Part shown: one piece after another, positions 15,053 to 27,270 of the stretch | Position numbering within the stretch: the first letter of the stretch is position 1 | Layout: each line of letters starts with the position of its first letter | NCBI GenBank assembly: GCA_964016885.1 | Contig: OZ024742.1 | Span: 13,020,001-13,084,000 of the forward strand | Direction of reading: 5' to 3' | DNA: 64,000 nucleotides | Source of the DNA: Eledone cirrhosa | Taxonomy: Eukaryota | The notes under the pieces: generated by a model | Seen by the model: the letters and a program-made list of their open reading frames with translations, nothing else | What the model was told of the DNA's origin: nothing | Databases searched by the model: none | Made by a program: the position numbers and the translations under genes

Positions 15053-15700
15053 GTACGTTATTCCGGGTTGAATCGGAGGTAACCACAGTAAGTAAGGTAC
15101 TCAATACATAGCAGAGTATAAAAGTTTTAATATAGATGAGATTCTACAGGACTAGAACTGTTTCATTCTTTAGAAATCATCAGGAATCTGGGTATCAAAA
15201 AATAAAAAAATAAAAATGGTATTTATAGGTCTCTACAAGTGGTAGGAGAGGGTGGGGAGTAGGATGGGTGCAGGTCATTGGTTGATAGAAAAGGGAATTC
15301 ATTAAAAGCTAATTCTACAAAGCTATAGTTTATTTTTATTTTTATTTATTTATGTTTTTAGAGTAACAAAGGCAGACAGAATTCTATAAACAGGTTCCGG
15401 ATGGCATACCAATCCTTGTCATTAAGTTTCTCTTAAGCTAACAGATGTCTATAAAATCAGTGGGGGGTCAGTCATGGTAGAAAGAATTAAAGAAAAGGGA
15501 GATTCTTTAAAAGCTAAAATCATTAAGGTTCTACTAAGTGACAAAGGTTTAGAGAATTCTGTAGACAGATTCAAAATACTGAGTGCATATCTTACAATTA
15601 TCTTCGAACTTCTCTTAAACTAATCAACTATATGCCAAAAATCAACAGACACGTTCACAAAAAAACACACTCACTCACACACTCACGCGCAACCATAAAC
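15053..15700 (-). mobile_element. Naiad pLTR (family I) with HHR at 15139-15189
   Basis: Reverse complement of 23030-23596; likely 3' end of a minus-strand copy whose 3' UTR start is at 18420-18550. Confidence 0.8.
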
Positions 15701-15778
15701 ACACATACACATACACATATACACACATAAAAACACACACACATATATATAAATATATTCACATACATACATACACAT

Positions 15779-15851
<73 letters not shown>

Positions 15852-16010
15852 TATAAAGATATATATATATATACACACACATACACATACACACACACAT
15901 ACATATATATACATACACACACACATATATACACATATAAAAATACACTCACACACATACATACAAACACAAATATACAAGTGTATACATATACACATAA
16001 AGACACATAG

Positions 16011-16060
<50 letters not shown>

Positions 16061-16103
16061 CATATACACACACATATATACATATACACACACATACACA
16101 CAA

Positions 16104-16184
<81 letters not shown>

Positions 16185-16217
16185 CATATATATACATATA
16201 CATACACACACACACAC

Positions 16218-16260
<43 letters not shown>

Positions 16261-16300
16261 AACACACACACATATATACACATATATAAGGAAAAAGCAC

Positions 16301-16380
<80 letters not shown>

Positions 16381-16383
<3 letters not shown>

Positions 16384-16570
16384 GTTATTCCGGGTTGAAT
16401 CGGAGGTAACCACAGTAAGTAAGGTACTCAATACATAGCAGAGTATAAAAGTTTTAATATAGATGAGATTCTACAGGTCTAGAACTGTTTCATTCATTAG
16501 AAATCATCAGGAATCAGTGATTCCTGATGATTTCTAATGAATGAAACAGTTCTAGTCCTGTAGAATCTCA

Positions 16571-16575
<5 letters not shown>
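16381..16575 (-). mobile_element. Miniature fold-back of the Naiad pLTR, with HHRs at 16466-16515 (-) and 16519-16567 (+)
   Basis: Arms meet at gaatc-agt-gattc, exactly at HHR stem I. Confidence 0.8.
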
Positions 16576-16644
<69 letters not shown>

Positions 16645-16678
16645 CACCATTCATACATATATTCATATATATATACAC

Positions 16679-16735
<57 letters not shown>

Positions 16736-16828
16736 TACACACATACACATATATACATACACATATACACACACACATACACATACATACATATATACAC
16801 AAATACATACACATATATACACACATAC

Positions 16829-16867
<39 letters not shown>

Positions 16868-16918
16868 CAGATAAATATATATATATAAATAAATATACAC
16901 ACACATACATACATATAC

Positions 16919-16949
<31 letters not shown>

Positions 16950-16998
16950 AATATATATACAAACATACACATACACATATATATATATATATACACAC

Positions 16999-17057
<59 letters not shown>

Positions 17058-17058
17058 T

Positions 17059-17775
17059 GGTGGCTGCCAACTCGTTTTCGAGTACGGCCACTACTTTATA
17101 TCCATGTAGGAGAACCCCTACCAATGCGCTGAACGAATGTGACTTTTTAGTTCAGCCAGCGACTTGAAAACTCTGGTACAAACACTACACTTGTGACAAT
17201 TATTGACACATAGTGCTGGGCCCATGGTACCATGTGACGACAAGTGCAGAGAGATCTCCAGATATAAAGCAATGCTTGTGCTGTGAAGCTTTTATAGTGA
17301 GCAAAGGCACTGCACAAAGCCAGTCCCACTCTCTTAACCAAGATGATATTTACCAAAAAGAAGAACAATTCAACATCATTGGATACCATCAGTACAACCT
17401 GTCTCATGGTCGGGTCGTTGGCGACTAAACTGGCAACCCCACCAAGGTTTCTTGGTGAGGAGGGTGGCTTTGGACATCCTGCAGGACTAAAAACAAAACC
17501 TGTCAAAAGGCAAAGGGGCTCTTAAGAGTCAATAGCCATCCAAAATCACCGGGAGAGATGACCCCTTAGCCTTTGTCAAGGCAGAATTCTAGGAGAAGGA
17601 AAACTCTGATATAACACCTGCAACCCTGATGGTATCCAATGATGTTGAATTGTTCTTCTTTTTGGTAAATATCATCTTGGTTAAGAGAGTGGGACTGGCT
17701 TTGTGCAGTGCCTTTGCTCACTATAAAAGCTTCACAGCACAGGCATTGCTTTAAATCTGGAGATCTCTCTGCACT
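17059..17775. mobile_element. Non-autonomous RTE-like retroposon, rearranged copy (inverted body + head + truncated body)
   Basis: Matches 20604-21207; taggagaaggaaaactctga motif resembles RTE/BovB 5' UTRs (from memory). Confidence 0.55.
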
Positions 17776-17935
17776 ATATATATATACATCCATATATATA
17801 CATATATACACACACATACACAGACCTATACATAAATATACACATATATACATATATATATATATACATATATATATATACATATATATATATATACATA
17901 TACATACACACACACACATACACACATACACACAT

Positions 17936-18000
<65 letters not shown>

Positions 18001-18131
18001 TATATATACACACACCTGCCCACACACACATATATATATACACACACACACATACACACATACATATATATATACACACACACACATACACACATACACA
18101 TATATATATACACACACACACATACACACAT

Positions 18132-18172
<41 letters not shown>

Positions 18173-18230
18173 CACACATACACACACATATACAATACAT
18201 ACATACACATACACATACATACACATATAT

Positions 18231-18283
<53 letters not shown>

Positions 18284-18337
18284 TATACATATATACACAT
18301 ACATACATACATAAATATACACACATAAAGCACATGT

Positions 18338-18383
<46 letters not shown>

Positions 18384-18419
18384 ACATACATATACACACA
18401 TACAAACAAATATATACAC

Positions 18420-18550
18420 ATACAAATAAATAAGTACTCAATAAATATACGCATATACGCAGGCACATAAAAACACCTCTACAGGCAGAAAATGTAGATA
18501 GGAAGGAGGTACTCACATAACCATAGTGGCCGTATGTCAGGTTGAGGAGG
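18420..18550 (-). mobile_element. Naiad 3' UTR fragment
   Basis: Reverse complement of ~14475-14610. Confidence 0.8.
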
Positions 18551-18572
18551 GGTGGGGGTAGATGTGTGGATG

Positions 18573-18647
<75 letters not shown>

Positions 18648-18767
18648 ATGTGTGTATATATATATGTGTATATATGTATATATATGTGTATATATATGTG
18701 TATATATGTGTGTATATATATGTATATATGTATATATATGTGTGTATATATGTGTATATATGTATGT

Positions 18768-19407
18768 TGCACCGACGTGAGGTATATGATTTTTGATGCA
18801 ATGAAATATCTATGATCGTCGGCAAATCACTGATGAGGGACTTATTTTATTACATGTTATCCATGTGCAACCAGCAGTATTCTTCTCCCCATTTTTTCAC
18901 ATATATTTACCTAAACTGCGATTCTGTTTTTTTCTCTCTCTTACTGCTCCCTCGCTCTCTCTGTTTCTCCTACTTTCTTTCGCCCCCTCTGTCATGTCAG
19001 TTAACTCTTCCTCACACTTCCACTCACTCACTCACTGTTTCTCCTCTTCTCACTTCACCCCGTTCGCGACGAAATCATTTCTCTCTTCTCACATTTGAAT
19101 TCGCTCCTGAAAGGTCTTTTTTCTAAGCGCTCATATATTCACCTAGCTTATGCTAACAGAATAACTATGAAGCTTGTTCCCTTCCTTCTACGGTTAGCTA
19201 TCCTCTTTGTTGTTTACTTGTTTCACTCGCTTTACGCGTTTTAATTGTCCTAATAACTTAATTTAGTTATTATCGCACCGACGTGAGGTATATGATTTTT
19301 AATGCAATGAAATATCTATGATCGTCGGCAAATCACTGATCGGGGACTTATTTTATTACATGTTATCCATGTGCAACCAGCAGTATTCTTCTCCCCATTT
19401 TTTCATA
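18768..19407 (+). repeat. Unclassified ~640 bp element with ~135 bp terminal direct repeats (partial tandem, PLE-like)
   Basis: 18768-18905 repeated at 19276-19410; ends in (TA)n. Confidence 0.55.
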
Positions 19408-19518
19408 TATATATATATATATATGTATATGTTTGTGTATATGTGTATGTATGTGTATGTATATGTGTATATGTAGGTGTGTGTATGTATTTATGTTTGT
19501 ATGTGTGTGTGAGTGTGT

Positions 19519-19580
<62 letters not shown>

Positions 19581-19633
19581 ATGTGTGTGTGTGTATGTAT
19601 ATATATATATAAGTGTATGCACATGTATGTATG

Positions 19634-19700
<67 letters not shown>

Positions 19701-19719
19701 ATATGTATATATATGTATG

Positions 19720-19788
<69 letters not shown>

Positions 19789-19807
19789 ATATGTATATAT
19801 ATGTATG

Positions 19808-19840
<33 letters not shown>

Positions 19841-19848
<8 letters not shown>

Positions 19849-20284
19849 AGATCAAAAGATGGTTAAAGGAGTTCCATATATTTTATTATGCGCATTACAA
19901 AAACAAACATCATCAAGCAATAATATTTGTGTTTTCATCAGATAAAACAGGAGAACATAATATGAAGGCTAAAAAACACTTGTTGATAGTGCAGTTTTAA
20001 ATCAACATATGTTGATTTAAAACTGCAACATATGTTGATTTAAAACTGCACTATCAACAAGTGTTTTTTAGCCTTCATATCATGTTCTCCTGTTTTATCT
20101 GATGAAAACACAAATATTATTGCTTGATGATGTTTGTTTTTGAAATGCGCATAATAAAATATATGGAACTCCTTTAACCATCTTTTGATCTTATATTATG
20201 CATACTCCAGTCCCACAAACTGTAGAGTGCTTCTTATCCGATATCTGCATTGCTTTATTGTACTACAATAAACTCACCTCCTAC

Positions 20285-20285
<1 letters not shown>
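19841..20285 (+). mobile_element. PLE fold-back (family J, copy 1)
   Basis: Inverted arms ~19841-20005 and ~20033-20198; right arm extends to 20285; second copy at 33838-34255. Confidence 0.8.
20093..20159 (+). ncRNA. Type I hammerhead ribozyme, canonical core
   Basis: ttttat-CTGATGA-long stem II-GAAA-TGCGCA-TA-ataaaa; 6-bp stem I, palindromic stem III. Confidence 0.85.
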
Positions 20286-20327
<42 letters not shown>

Positions 20328-20453
20328 TGTGTATGTTTGTGTATGTGTATATGTATGTATGTGTATATGTGTGTATATATATGTATATATATATGTATGT
20401 ATTTTTGTGTGTGTATATGTATATGTATGTATATATGGGTGTGTATATGTATG

Positions 20454-20544
<91 letters not shown>

Positions 20545-20603
20545 GTGTATATATATGTGTATGTGTATGTATGTGTATGTATGTGTGTATATATATGTAT
20601 ATA

Positions 20604-21207
20604 GGTCAGGTCACCAGTTGGTGCTACTGGTAACATGTATCCCAGTACAACCTGTCCCATGGTCGGGTCGTTGGCGACTAAACTGGCAACCCCACCAAGG
20701 TTTCTTGGTGAGGAGGGTGACTTTGGACATCCTGCAGGACTAAAAACAAAACCTGGCAAAGGAGCTCTTAAGAGTCAATGGCCATCCAAAATCACCGGGA
20801 GAGATGACCCCTTAGCCTTTGTCAAGGCAGAATTCTAGGAGAAGGAAAATTCTGATATAACACCTGCAACCCTGATGGTATCCAATGATGTTGACTTATT
20901 CTTCTTTTTGGTAAATATCATCTTGGGTTAAGAGAGTGGGACTGGCTTTGTGCAGTGCCTTTGCTCACTATAAAAGCTTCACGGCACAGGCATTGCTTTA
21001 TATCTGGAGATCTCTCTACACTTGTCGTCACATGGTACCAAGGGCCCAACACTATGTGTCAATAATTGTCACAGGTGTAGTGTTTGTACCAGAGTTTTCA
21101 AGTCACTGGCTGGACTAAAAGTCACACTTGTTTAGCGCATCGGTAGGGGTTCTCCTACATGGATATAAAGTAGTGGTCATACTCGAAAACGAGTTGGCAG
21201 CCACCAT
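20604..21207 (+). mobile_element. Non-autonomous RTE-like retroposon, collinear copy
   Basis: Head + body collinear; 3' end ...gagttggcagccacca followed by TA/TATG repeats; three copies in window. Confidence 0.55.
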
Positions 21208-21255
21208 ATGTATATATATATATATATATATATGAATATATGTATGTATGGTCTA

Positions 21256-21327
<72 letters not shown>

Positions 21328-21331
<4 letters not shown>

Positions 21332-21954
21332 TATGCATGTATACGTACATACATATATGTATACAGACGTACAGTAGCATGCACATATATATATATATAT
21401 ACATATATACATACATGTGCATACAGGTACACATACATATATGCACGTATCAGTTTAGCGGCGCCAACGTCGCTTTGTTCGTTTGTAAACAAACTGAACA
21501 GCCTGAATTTATGCCATACGGTGTTAAGGCAACCACGTCACCTTTTTGTTCAACACTGACACAGGAACGATGTACTAGTTTCAAGCTTGTTAGCTATCAT
21601 CAGCACCGTTTACCCATCTGCCAGATAGTTGAACGTTCGAAAGTATATACTTTCCTTATGAAAATTAACGGCTGAGCAGCCTAATTTGCATATTGAGTGA
21701 GTTAAATCGGTCAGGCATACCGAAAACGATAAATTGAAACAAAATGAAAATGAAATTTCATTTCTCACTCTTAGTATGGCACTTACTTAAATGTAAGTAT
21801 GCATGTATACGTACATACATATATGTATACAGACGTACAGTAGCATGCACATATATATATATATATACATATATACATACATGTGCATACAGGTACATTT
21901 AAGTAAGTGCCATACTAAGAGTGAGAAATGAAATTTCATTTTCATTTTGTTTCA

Positions 21955-21960
<6 letters not shown>
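21328..21960 (-). mobile_element. PLE pLTR (family K) with 104-bp partial tandem plus 67-bp inversion
   Basis: 21328-21431 duplicated at 21794-21897; 21729-21795 inverted at 21894-21960. Confidence 0.75.
21566..21610 (-). ncRNA. Type I hammerhead ribozyme, canonical core
   Basis: aacggtg-CTGATGA-tAGCTaacaAGCTt-GAAA-CTAG-TA-catcgtt; 7-bp stem I. Confidence 0.88.
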
Positions 21961-21986
<26 letters not shown>

Positions 21987-21991
<5 letters not shown>

Positions 21992-22521
21992 TAAATAAAA
22001 GTCAAATGATTAAAATTTAGCTTCGTTTATTACTGCTATATATATTTCAGTGACAGCCATCTTTGGCTGTGACCTCTTCAGGCAGTTTGAATTAGTATGG
22101 TATAGACAAGTACATATGTTGTTTAGGTGTATGATATTGTCAATACTCTGATATGCCCAGTTCCTTGTTGGGTTGTTAATTCACTGGGGAACTGGAGTCA
22201 TATGACTCCAGTTCCCCACTGAATTAACAACCCAACAAGGAACTGGGCATATCAGAGTATTGACAATATCATACACCTAAACAACATATGTACTTGTCTA
22301 TACCATACTAATTCAAACTGCCTGAAGAGGTCACAGCCAAAGATGGCTGTCACTGAAATATATATAGCAGTAATAAACGAAGCTAAATTTTAATCATTTG
22401 AATTTTATTTAACTTTATTTTACACTACTCCGGAGTAACCAAACCAACCTGCGCACTTCGTCGAGTGCTCCAGCCTGTATACTGAGGTGTTAGTATACGA
22501 CCAACATAAACTCAAAATCTA

Positions 22522-22522
<1 letters not shown>
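21987..22522 (+). mobile_element. PLE fold-back (family L)
   Basis: Inverted arms ~21987-22201 and 22202-22416; right arm extends to (TA)n. Confidence 0.8.
22317..22371 (+). ncRNA. Type I hammerhead ribozyme (minus copy 22032-22086)
   Basis: actgc-CTGAAGA-ggtcACAGCCAaagaTGGCTGTcact-GAAA-TATATA-TA-gcagt, then AATAAA. Confidence 0.88.
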
Positions 22523-22588
<66 letters not shown>

Positions 22589-22737
22589 ATGTGTGACCCC
22601 ACTCTCAAGAGCGTGGAATCAATAAACATTTGTTTGTTCTGCCCCTCTGTTTTGTTCCCGTTCAATTTTTCCTTATATATGTGTATATATGTGTGTGTGT
22701 GTGTATATATATATATATGTGTATATATGTATGTGTA

Positions 22738-22768
<31 letters not shown>

Positions 22769-22785
22769 ATATATTTTTATATGTG

Positions 22786-22851
<66 letters not shown>

Positions 22852-23029
22852 CGTGTGTATATATATGTATATATGTGTATATATATATATATATATGCGA
22901 TATATATATGCGTACATATGTGTGTATGTATGTGTGTGTATGTATGTGTATTTATGTATGTGTATATTTATATATATAAATATGTTTATATGGGTGTCTG
23001 TGTATATGTGTGTCTGTGTATGTGTGTTT

Positions 23030-23592
23030 ATGGGTGCGCGCGAGTGTGTGAGTGAGTGTGTCTTGTGAATGTGTCTGTTGTTTTTTGGCATATAGTTGAA
23101 TAGTTTAAGAGTAATTTGAGGATAATTGTAAGATATGCACTTAATATTCTGAATTTGTCTACAGAATTCTCTAAACCTTTCTCACTTAGTAGAACCTTAA
23201 TGATTTTAGCTTTTAAAGAATCTCCCTTTCCTTTAAATCTATCTACCATGACTGACCCCCCACTGATCTTATAGACACCTGTTAGCTTAAGAGAAACTTA
23301 ATAATAAGGAATGACATGCCATCCTGAACCTGTTTATAGAATTCTGTCTGCCTTTGTTACTCTAAAAACAAAAATAAATATAAATAAAAATAAAAATAAA
23401 AATAAACTATAGCTTTGTAGAATTAGCTTTTAATGAATTCCCTTTTCTATCAACCAATGAACTACACCCATCCCACACCCCACCCTCTCCTACCACTTGT
23501 ATAAATACCATACTTATTTTTTGATACCCAGATTCCTGATGATTTCTAAAGAATGAAACAGTTCTAGTCCTGTAGAATCTCATCTATATTAA

Positions 23593-23596
<4 letters not shown>
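23030..23596 (+). mobile_element. Naiad pLTR (family I), 3'-truncated
   Basis: Matches 15120-15700 in reverse complement. Confidence 0.8.
23530..23580 (+). ncRNA. Type I hammerhead ribozyme of the Naiad pLTR
   Basis: agattc-CTGATGA-tTTCtaaaGAAt-GAAA-CAGttctagtcCTG-TA-gaatct; five copies in window. Confidence 0.8.
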
Positions 23597-23629
<33 letters not shown>

Positions 23630-23635
<6 letters not shown>

Positions 23636-24150
23636 GCCACCGGAAATAACAGCTGTGAAATATACAGCGCCATCTACCTGTTAGCTAGCTACTCAACGTG
23701 AAACAAAAGAACCCTTAGAACCTACCAGAATAAGAACCTACCAGAATAAACGCCTACACATCGACTAAACAACAAAGGATTGTTCCTGTATAAATAGAGT
23801 GGTTCCTAACACTTTCTCTAGTCGACTTTTGGCAGAGTCAGCTAGCGCATCGTTGTTCCTTTACTCTGCCACGCTTTGTCACTCACACACGCATTGCCTT
23901 GTATCCCGTATCGTTGCTTCATGTGAAAATAAATAGCTGATCGAATTTACATCTCGCCTTGCTTCGTCCTTTCAACTTGTGCTTTCGTCTGTCCATCTTC
24001 AACAGTTCTTTTAAGGGCTATATGCGACAACAGTCCTTTTAAAGGCTATCTTCATATCTGATCAGACCGTATGCGATAACAGTCCTTCTAAGGACTATTC
24101 TCGGATCTGGTCAGAAGTAGTGACTAGACTGACCAACCAGCGTCGCTACA
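23630..24150 (+). mobile_element. Gypsy 5' LTR
   Basis: TGTA...TACA ends, TATAAATA and AATAAA motifs, directly followed by PBS; inserted in (TA)n. Confidence 0.85.
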
Positions 24151-24152
24151 AT

Positions 24153-24184
24153 TGGTGACCCAAACGTGAGTCGAACGCGCAACC
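24153..24184 (+). promoter_or_regulatory. Primer binding site complementary to tRNA-Trp (extended)
   Basis: TGGTGACCCAAACGTGAGTCGAACGCGCAACC versus recalled tRNA-Trp complement TGGTGACCCCGACGTGATTTGAACACGCAACC. Confidence 0.8.
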
Positions 24185-24209
24185 AGACAGCACCTAAGAA
24201 AATATCAAC

Positions 24210-27200
24210 ATGGACGTGTCACAAAAGACAGAGGCCGAGATTTCAGAGCTGCGGGCTATGATCAGAGAGCGGGCTGGTCAAATTAAAGCCCTCTCGAATC
24301 AAGTAGAGAACTTGACCTTTCAAACACACCGGCGACGCGGCAACAATCGATCCAGGCCTTTTCACAGTCGAAGATCCAGTAGTCCCAGTCAAAATCGTGT
24401 GCCTGGCAACATCTGCTGGTATCACACAAATTTCGGCGCACAGGCATCTAAGTGCAAAGCCCCGTGCTCTTTCCGGAATGCCACCCAGAGCCTAGCGACG
24501 ACGTTCACCCCTGGTACTGAAAAGAAAAGTCGTTTATTTTTTATTAACGACCAGGCGACAGGCATCCGTTACCTCGTGGATACAGGAGCCCAGGTTAGTG
24601 TTATTCATGTTTCACTAATCTCGGGCAAAAGACATCCAACCCCGTCCTTTCTGCAGGCAATGAACCAATCGTCAATTCCGACTTTCGGGGAGAAGTCTCT
24701 GACCCTCAATTTAGGCCTGAGGCGGCGTTTTCAATGGGTGTTCGTCGTGGCAGACCTGCCGACCCCGATCCTAGGAGTCAATTTTCTCCACCACTTCAAC
24801 CTTCTGGTGGATATGAAGAACCGGAGGCTTATTGACACCACCACAAACCTCACTGTGAGAGGTATATTTACCACGCAATCCACAGTGAGCCCTGTAATTT
24901 GCCAGTCAGAGCCTTCACGGTACAACGGCATTCTCCAGAAACACCCAGACATCACTCGCCCGGTATTTAAGGATAGTCCCATTAAGCATAGTGTCACGCA
25001 CCACATCGAGACAAAGGGACCACCCACAGCTGCCCGACCAAGGAGACTGCCTCCAGACCGATTGAGAATCGCCAAGCAGGAGTTCCAACACATGCTGGAC
25101 CTCGGAATCATTCGCCCTTCCTCCAGCAACTGGTCTGCACCCCTACACCTTGTTCCAAAAAAAAACGAGAATGATTGGCGACCATGTGGGGATTATCGTG
25201 CACTTAACAATTCTACAGTGCCCGATAATTACCCTGTACCTCACCTGCACGATTTTTCTGCCTCTCTGCAAGGCGCACGTATCTTTTCCAAGGTAGATCT
25301 GGTGCGTGCATATAACCAGATACCTATGGAGCCTGCAGACATTCCGAAGACCGCAATCACAACACCGTTCGGTTTATTCGAATTCCTACGAATGCCGTTC
25401 GGTCTGCGCAACGCTGCACAAACTTTTCAGCGGTTCATTGACACCATGTTACGCGATCTACCCTTCGTATTCGCGTATATTGACGACGTACTGGTAGCAA
25501 GTGCTTCCGAGAATGAACACGAGAAGCACTTAGATCTCCTTTTCCGACGTTTGGCTGAGTACGGTATCATCATCAACCCCAGCAAGTGCCTTCTCGGCGT
25601 TCCTTCACTGTCCTTTCTCGGGCACATCATCGATAAAGACGGCATTCGTCCACTTCCCGAGAAAGTAGAAGCTATCCGCAGTTTTCCCGCACCTACATCA
25701 CTTCGGAAACTGCATGAATTCCTCGGTCTGGTGAATTTTTATAGGCGGTTCATCCCTCATTGTTCCGACGCAGCCAGACTCCTCACGGACCTTCTTCGTA
25801 ACCGGACTCGCAAAAACGAAGAGATCACTCTAAACGAGGAAGAATTAACATATTTTAACCGCCTGAAAGAAATGTTGGCAAACGCTTCCATGCTCGTTTT
25901 CCCCAGGTCTGGCGCTCCTCTTTCGCTGCTAGTGGACGCATCAGACACGGGGGTTGGAGGCGTTCTACAACAACATGTCGACGACGGGTGGCAACCCTTA
26001 TCCTTCTTTTCTAAGCGGCAGAAACGAAATACAGTACCTTTGGCCGCGAACTCTTGGCAACCTATCTTTCGGTTAAGCATTTTCGGCACATGCTCGAAGG
26101 ATCAGATTTCGTGATCTACACGGACCATAAACCACTAGTTTATGCGTTCCGTATCAAACCTGATCGACATTCACCGAGAGAACTCCGACACCTGGATTTT
26201 GTCTCCCAATATTCAACTGATATTCGGCATATCAAGGGATCAGACAACGTAGCAGCCGACGCCCTGTCCCGAATCCAGCTGAACGCAATACATGTGCATT
26301 CAGGCATCGACCTTCAACAAATCGCAGCTGACCAAGAGACTGACGAAGAGTTTATGAAACTCTGAGATTCGCCATCTCTCAAGTTTCAGCAAGTTCCCAT
26401 TCCTTCTTCTCCGGGACAAATTTGTTGCGACCTTTCTACCGGTCATGAACAACCGTACGTACCACAGATGCATCGTCGACAAGTTTTTTCTGCTTTACAC
26501 TGCTTGTCTCACCCGGGAATCCGGGCTACACAGAAACTCATCTCTGCTCGTTTTGTGTGAACTAACATTAACAAGGACGTGCGCGACTGGTCCAGGAGCT
26601 GCATTGCCTGCCAGAAAGCCAAAGTCCACAGACACATCAAAACTCCACTCGGCACATTCGCGCAACCTGATGCACGTTTTCATCATGTGCATATCGACAT
26701 CGTCGGACCTCTACCACCATCACAGAACTACACACACTTGCTCACCTGCATCGATCGATTTTCTCGTTGGCCTGAGGCTTTTCCCATAAATGATACCTCA
26801 GCAGAAACAGTCGCTAAAACTTTTGTTTTACACTGGGTATCACGTTATGGCGCCCCAGCGAAGATAACAACGGACAGAGGACGCCAGTTTGACTCCCACC
26901 TCTTCAGGGAACTGACTCGCCTGTTAGGATGTAAACACATCCGCACGACAGCTTATCACCCGCAAGCTAATGGTCTCGTGGAAAGAGTCCATCGCCAATT
27001 GAAAGCTGCAATAAAAGCATATCCAGACAAGACCCACTGGTTTGAATACCTACCACTCATCCTTCTGGGCATTTGATCCAACGTTAAGGAGGAATTCGGA
27101 CACACACCTGCAGAATTAGTGTACGGCACCACCCTGGTTCTACCTGGTCAGATGGTTGCTCCCATCTCTCCTCAGGATGTTCCAGACCCAGGATCATACG

Positions 27201-27270
27201 TACACCGTCTTCGACAATATATGTCTCACCTTGCTCCTGCAAGCACCCGTCAACAGAACACTGCCACACA
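24210..27270 (+). pseudogene. Gypsy gag-pol (short gag C-terminus, protease, RT, RNase H, integrase), disrupted and 3'-truncated
   Basis: CWYH..FG..A.KC..PC; LVDTGA; YIDD; VDAS; H-H-C-C and [17 protein letters not shown]; frameshift ~26015, stops at 26363, ~26558, 27074; no 3' LTR. Confidence 0.95.

Noticed and set aside
17147-17390. ~80-aa hydrophobic ORF in the RTE-like element body
   Set aside because: Shared only because copies are near-identical; indels shift it in other copies; no known motif
18812-18842. SECIS-like hairpin ATGA-tcgtcgg-caaatca-ctgatga
   Set aside because: Stem too short (7 bp), quartet incomplete, not conserved in the second repeat
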